Of a DNA stretch of 64,000 nucleotides, positions 62,383 to 64,000 are shown piece after piece. Origin of the DNA: an uncultured delta proteobacterium (lineage in GTDB: Bacteria; Desulfobacterota; Desulfobacteria; Desulfobacterales; SG8-13); assembly GCA_963848135.1 (NCBI GenBank), contig CAWKCK010000017.1:248001-312000 (forward strand), given 5' to 3'. Position 1 is the first letter of the stretch. The number at the start of each line of letters is the position of its first letter. The position numbers and the translations under genes were made by a program. The notes below the pieces were generated by a model. The model worked only from the letters and a program-made list of their open reading frames with translations. It had not been told where the DNA came from and did no database searches.

Positions 62383-63339
62383 TTAGGCCAATGACTTCAG
62401 TTGTTCCACGAAATCGGGAAACAGTTTGAACAGTGGGTGATTCGGGTCCTTGGGCAGCTTCTTGGTTTCAGCAAAAGCTGCCGTGGCCAGAAAGGCATCA
62501 GCCTCGGCGACTGCCGGCAGGATGCGTGTGGCACCCGCCATGGGGCCCGAAAATATCATGTCATGAAAGAAGAAGGCTGAAAGGGATTCTAAGGCCGCAT
62601 CGGTAGCCGACCATCCCTTGAAGTCCCACATGTCCTTAAAACGTTTCAAATCCATGTAGGAACCATTGCTCGGAGCGCTGGCCGTCGGAAAGCCCCATTT
62701 CTCTTTGACCATCCGATTGGCGATACCGCAAAACGCCGTGGCCGGCCCATTCATCACCGAGGTGTCGACAAAAATACTTTCGAACTTGGCGCCCACTTTA
62801 TCGATGGCGTCCAGCAGTCTCTGGGTGCCAGTGACGCGTCCGCTCGGCATCTGATCTTCCTGGTCGAATGCCACCAGGAGCACGTGTTTGACGCCGATAT
62901 CGGCAATTTCCTTGATTTCGGTTTCCAGATCCTTCTCCCAGACCGTCAGGCTGTTGTAAAACATACGGTCGAGCAACCCCTTTTCGGCACAATATGCCGC
63001 GCCCGCCAATTTGGGCTTCATCACCCAGGCGTCGATACAAAAAGGCATGCTGCTGACCTCACTGACGAAATCGATAAATGCTTTGAACTCATCACCCGTG
63101 TTGGCGACGATATCCGCCATTCCTGGTACGCCTGTTTCAGCCGTCAGGCGTTCCTGGGTCTTGAGGAGTTCCTCCGCCCGCTTTTCATCGAATCCTTCCT
63201 TGCGCTTGCCGGTAAACACCTTGTCGCCTTTCTGAAAAATCGAGCTGACGCATACGCAGGGGTACTCGCCGGGCTGCCCGCCAAATTTTACCCCACCAAC
63301 CTCGCAAACCTTTTGCTCGGTGCCGATTTGAAACATCAT
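62383..63339 (-). CDS. MtrH-family pterin:corrinoid methyltransferase (MtgA-like)
   Basis: EQKV..VGGVKFGGQPGEYP, SIF, PFCIDA, YNSL, VDT, GFPT..APSN. Confidence 0.88.
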   Translation of the reverse strand: MMFQIGTEQKVCEVGGVKFGGQPGEYPCVCVSSIFQKGDKVFTGKRKEGFDEKRAEELLKTQERLTAETGVPGMADIVANTGDEFKAFIDFVSEVSSMPFCIDAWVMKPKLAGAAYCAEKGLLDRMFYNSLTVWEKDLETEIKEIADIGVKHVLLVAFDQEDQMPSGRVTGTQRLLDAIDKVGAKFESIFVDTSVMNGPATAFCGIANRMVKEKWGFPTASAPSNGSYMDLKRFKDMWDFKGWSATDAALESLSAFFFHDMIFSGPMAGATRILPAVAEADAFLATAAFAETKKLPKDPNHPLFKLFPDFVEQLKSLA

Positions 63340-63736
63340 TTACCTCCTCTGTTCAAAATTTATTACACCTTCCCTACCACGGGAATAAACACTTCGGTCA
63401 TTATGGTAATATTGACAACATCCTTTTATATGAACGGACAGGAGCTGAACATAGTCCAATAGACGATTTTTCATGGGATCACAGATGATTTTGGTCACCT
63501 GGTATGGCCACACTGTAAAACTCTTTTATTGGGCGTGATAATGTTCTATGATGCTTGCAATAAGGGAATTCAACAGCCTGGATTAATTATTTATTTGATT
63601 TGTTTTATCGGTATATTGGGCGATACTCAAAGGTCCCAAATGCCATAGAACGATTCGCGGACTAAACCACAACCTTAGCTATGTAAAAGATAAATTAAAT
63701 AATAACAGATTTTTAAGTTTCAAAAGGTAATGTATT

Positions 63737-64000
63737 ATGAAAGAAAAATTTGCCCACTTGGTCGACAAAGCCATTGAACTGGGTGCCACCGATGCCAAAC
63801 AGATACCGGTCAGCAGCATCGTTTTCGATTCCAGGTCCTATTTGAAATGCCGCTTCGGTTGCAACCGGTGGGGTAAATACTGGACCTGTCCGCCCCATCT
63901 CGAAATTACGCCGGAACGGTTCATGGATGCCTTCGCTCAATACCACCAGGCGATCGTCATCAAATCCTCAGATCCCAAAATCGGGCAGGATGTCAGTGTG
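63737..64000 (+). CDS. DUF2284 metal-binding protein (partial)
   Basis: MKEKFAHLVDKAIELGATDAK...LKCRFGCNRWGKYWTCPPH; runs off the window. Confidence 0.82.
   Translation, partial: MKEKFAHLVDKAIELGATDAKQIPVSSIVFDSRSYLKCRFGCNRWGKYWTCPPHLEITPERFMDAFAQYHQAIVIKSSDPKIGQDVSV

Noticed and set aside
1..64000. CRISPR arrays, rRNA, intact tRNA, hgcAB, pyrrolysine (TAG) read-through
   Set aside because: No repeat-spacer array, rRNA or complete tRNA seen; no HgcA cap-helix motif; no MttB/MtbB/MtmB-type gene with an in-frame TAG.

Overview
A 64 kb segment most consistent with a sulfate-reducing Desulfobacterales (Desulfosarcina-like) chromosome; the taxon is inferred from gene content only. (1) About 1-11.4 kb is an AT-richer patchwork island: tyrosine integrase, IS5-family element, PEP carboxylase with Bacteroidetes-style motifs, DUF389 and CNNM membrane proteins, several gene remnants and a decayed tRNA-Ala-like sequence. 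(2) About 12-20.6 kb holds PilZ and TPR proteins and a B12-dependent ribonucleotide reductase (nrdJ) with tandem NrdR boxes. (3) About 20.8-41 kb holds rrf2-hmcABCDEF, a Usp protein and a two-component cascade that includes a heme-c sensor kinase. This block sits between a NuoE-like gene and NuoF/NuoG-like genes that have no catalytic partner in the window. (4) About 44-64 kb is the most notable part: a corrinoid-dependent methyl-transfer locus. It encodes an MtrH-family protein, a canonical MtaA/UroD-family methyltransferase, a corrinoid protein, a RACo-type activator, two DUF2284 proteins, two CobW GTPases, thioredoxin reductase, six thioredoxin-fold proteins, PadR, and a MeaB/CbiR-like cobamide module. 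Two hidden selenoproteins are truncated in the ORF track: a second MtaA-family methyltransferase whose Zn-ligand Cys codon is UGA followed by a SECIS-like hairpin, and a UxxC thioredoxin. Six single-base frameshifts look like long-read errors. Family assignments come from motif recognition, not database searches.
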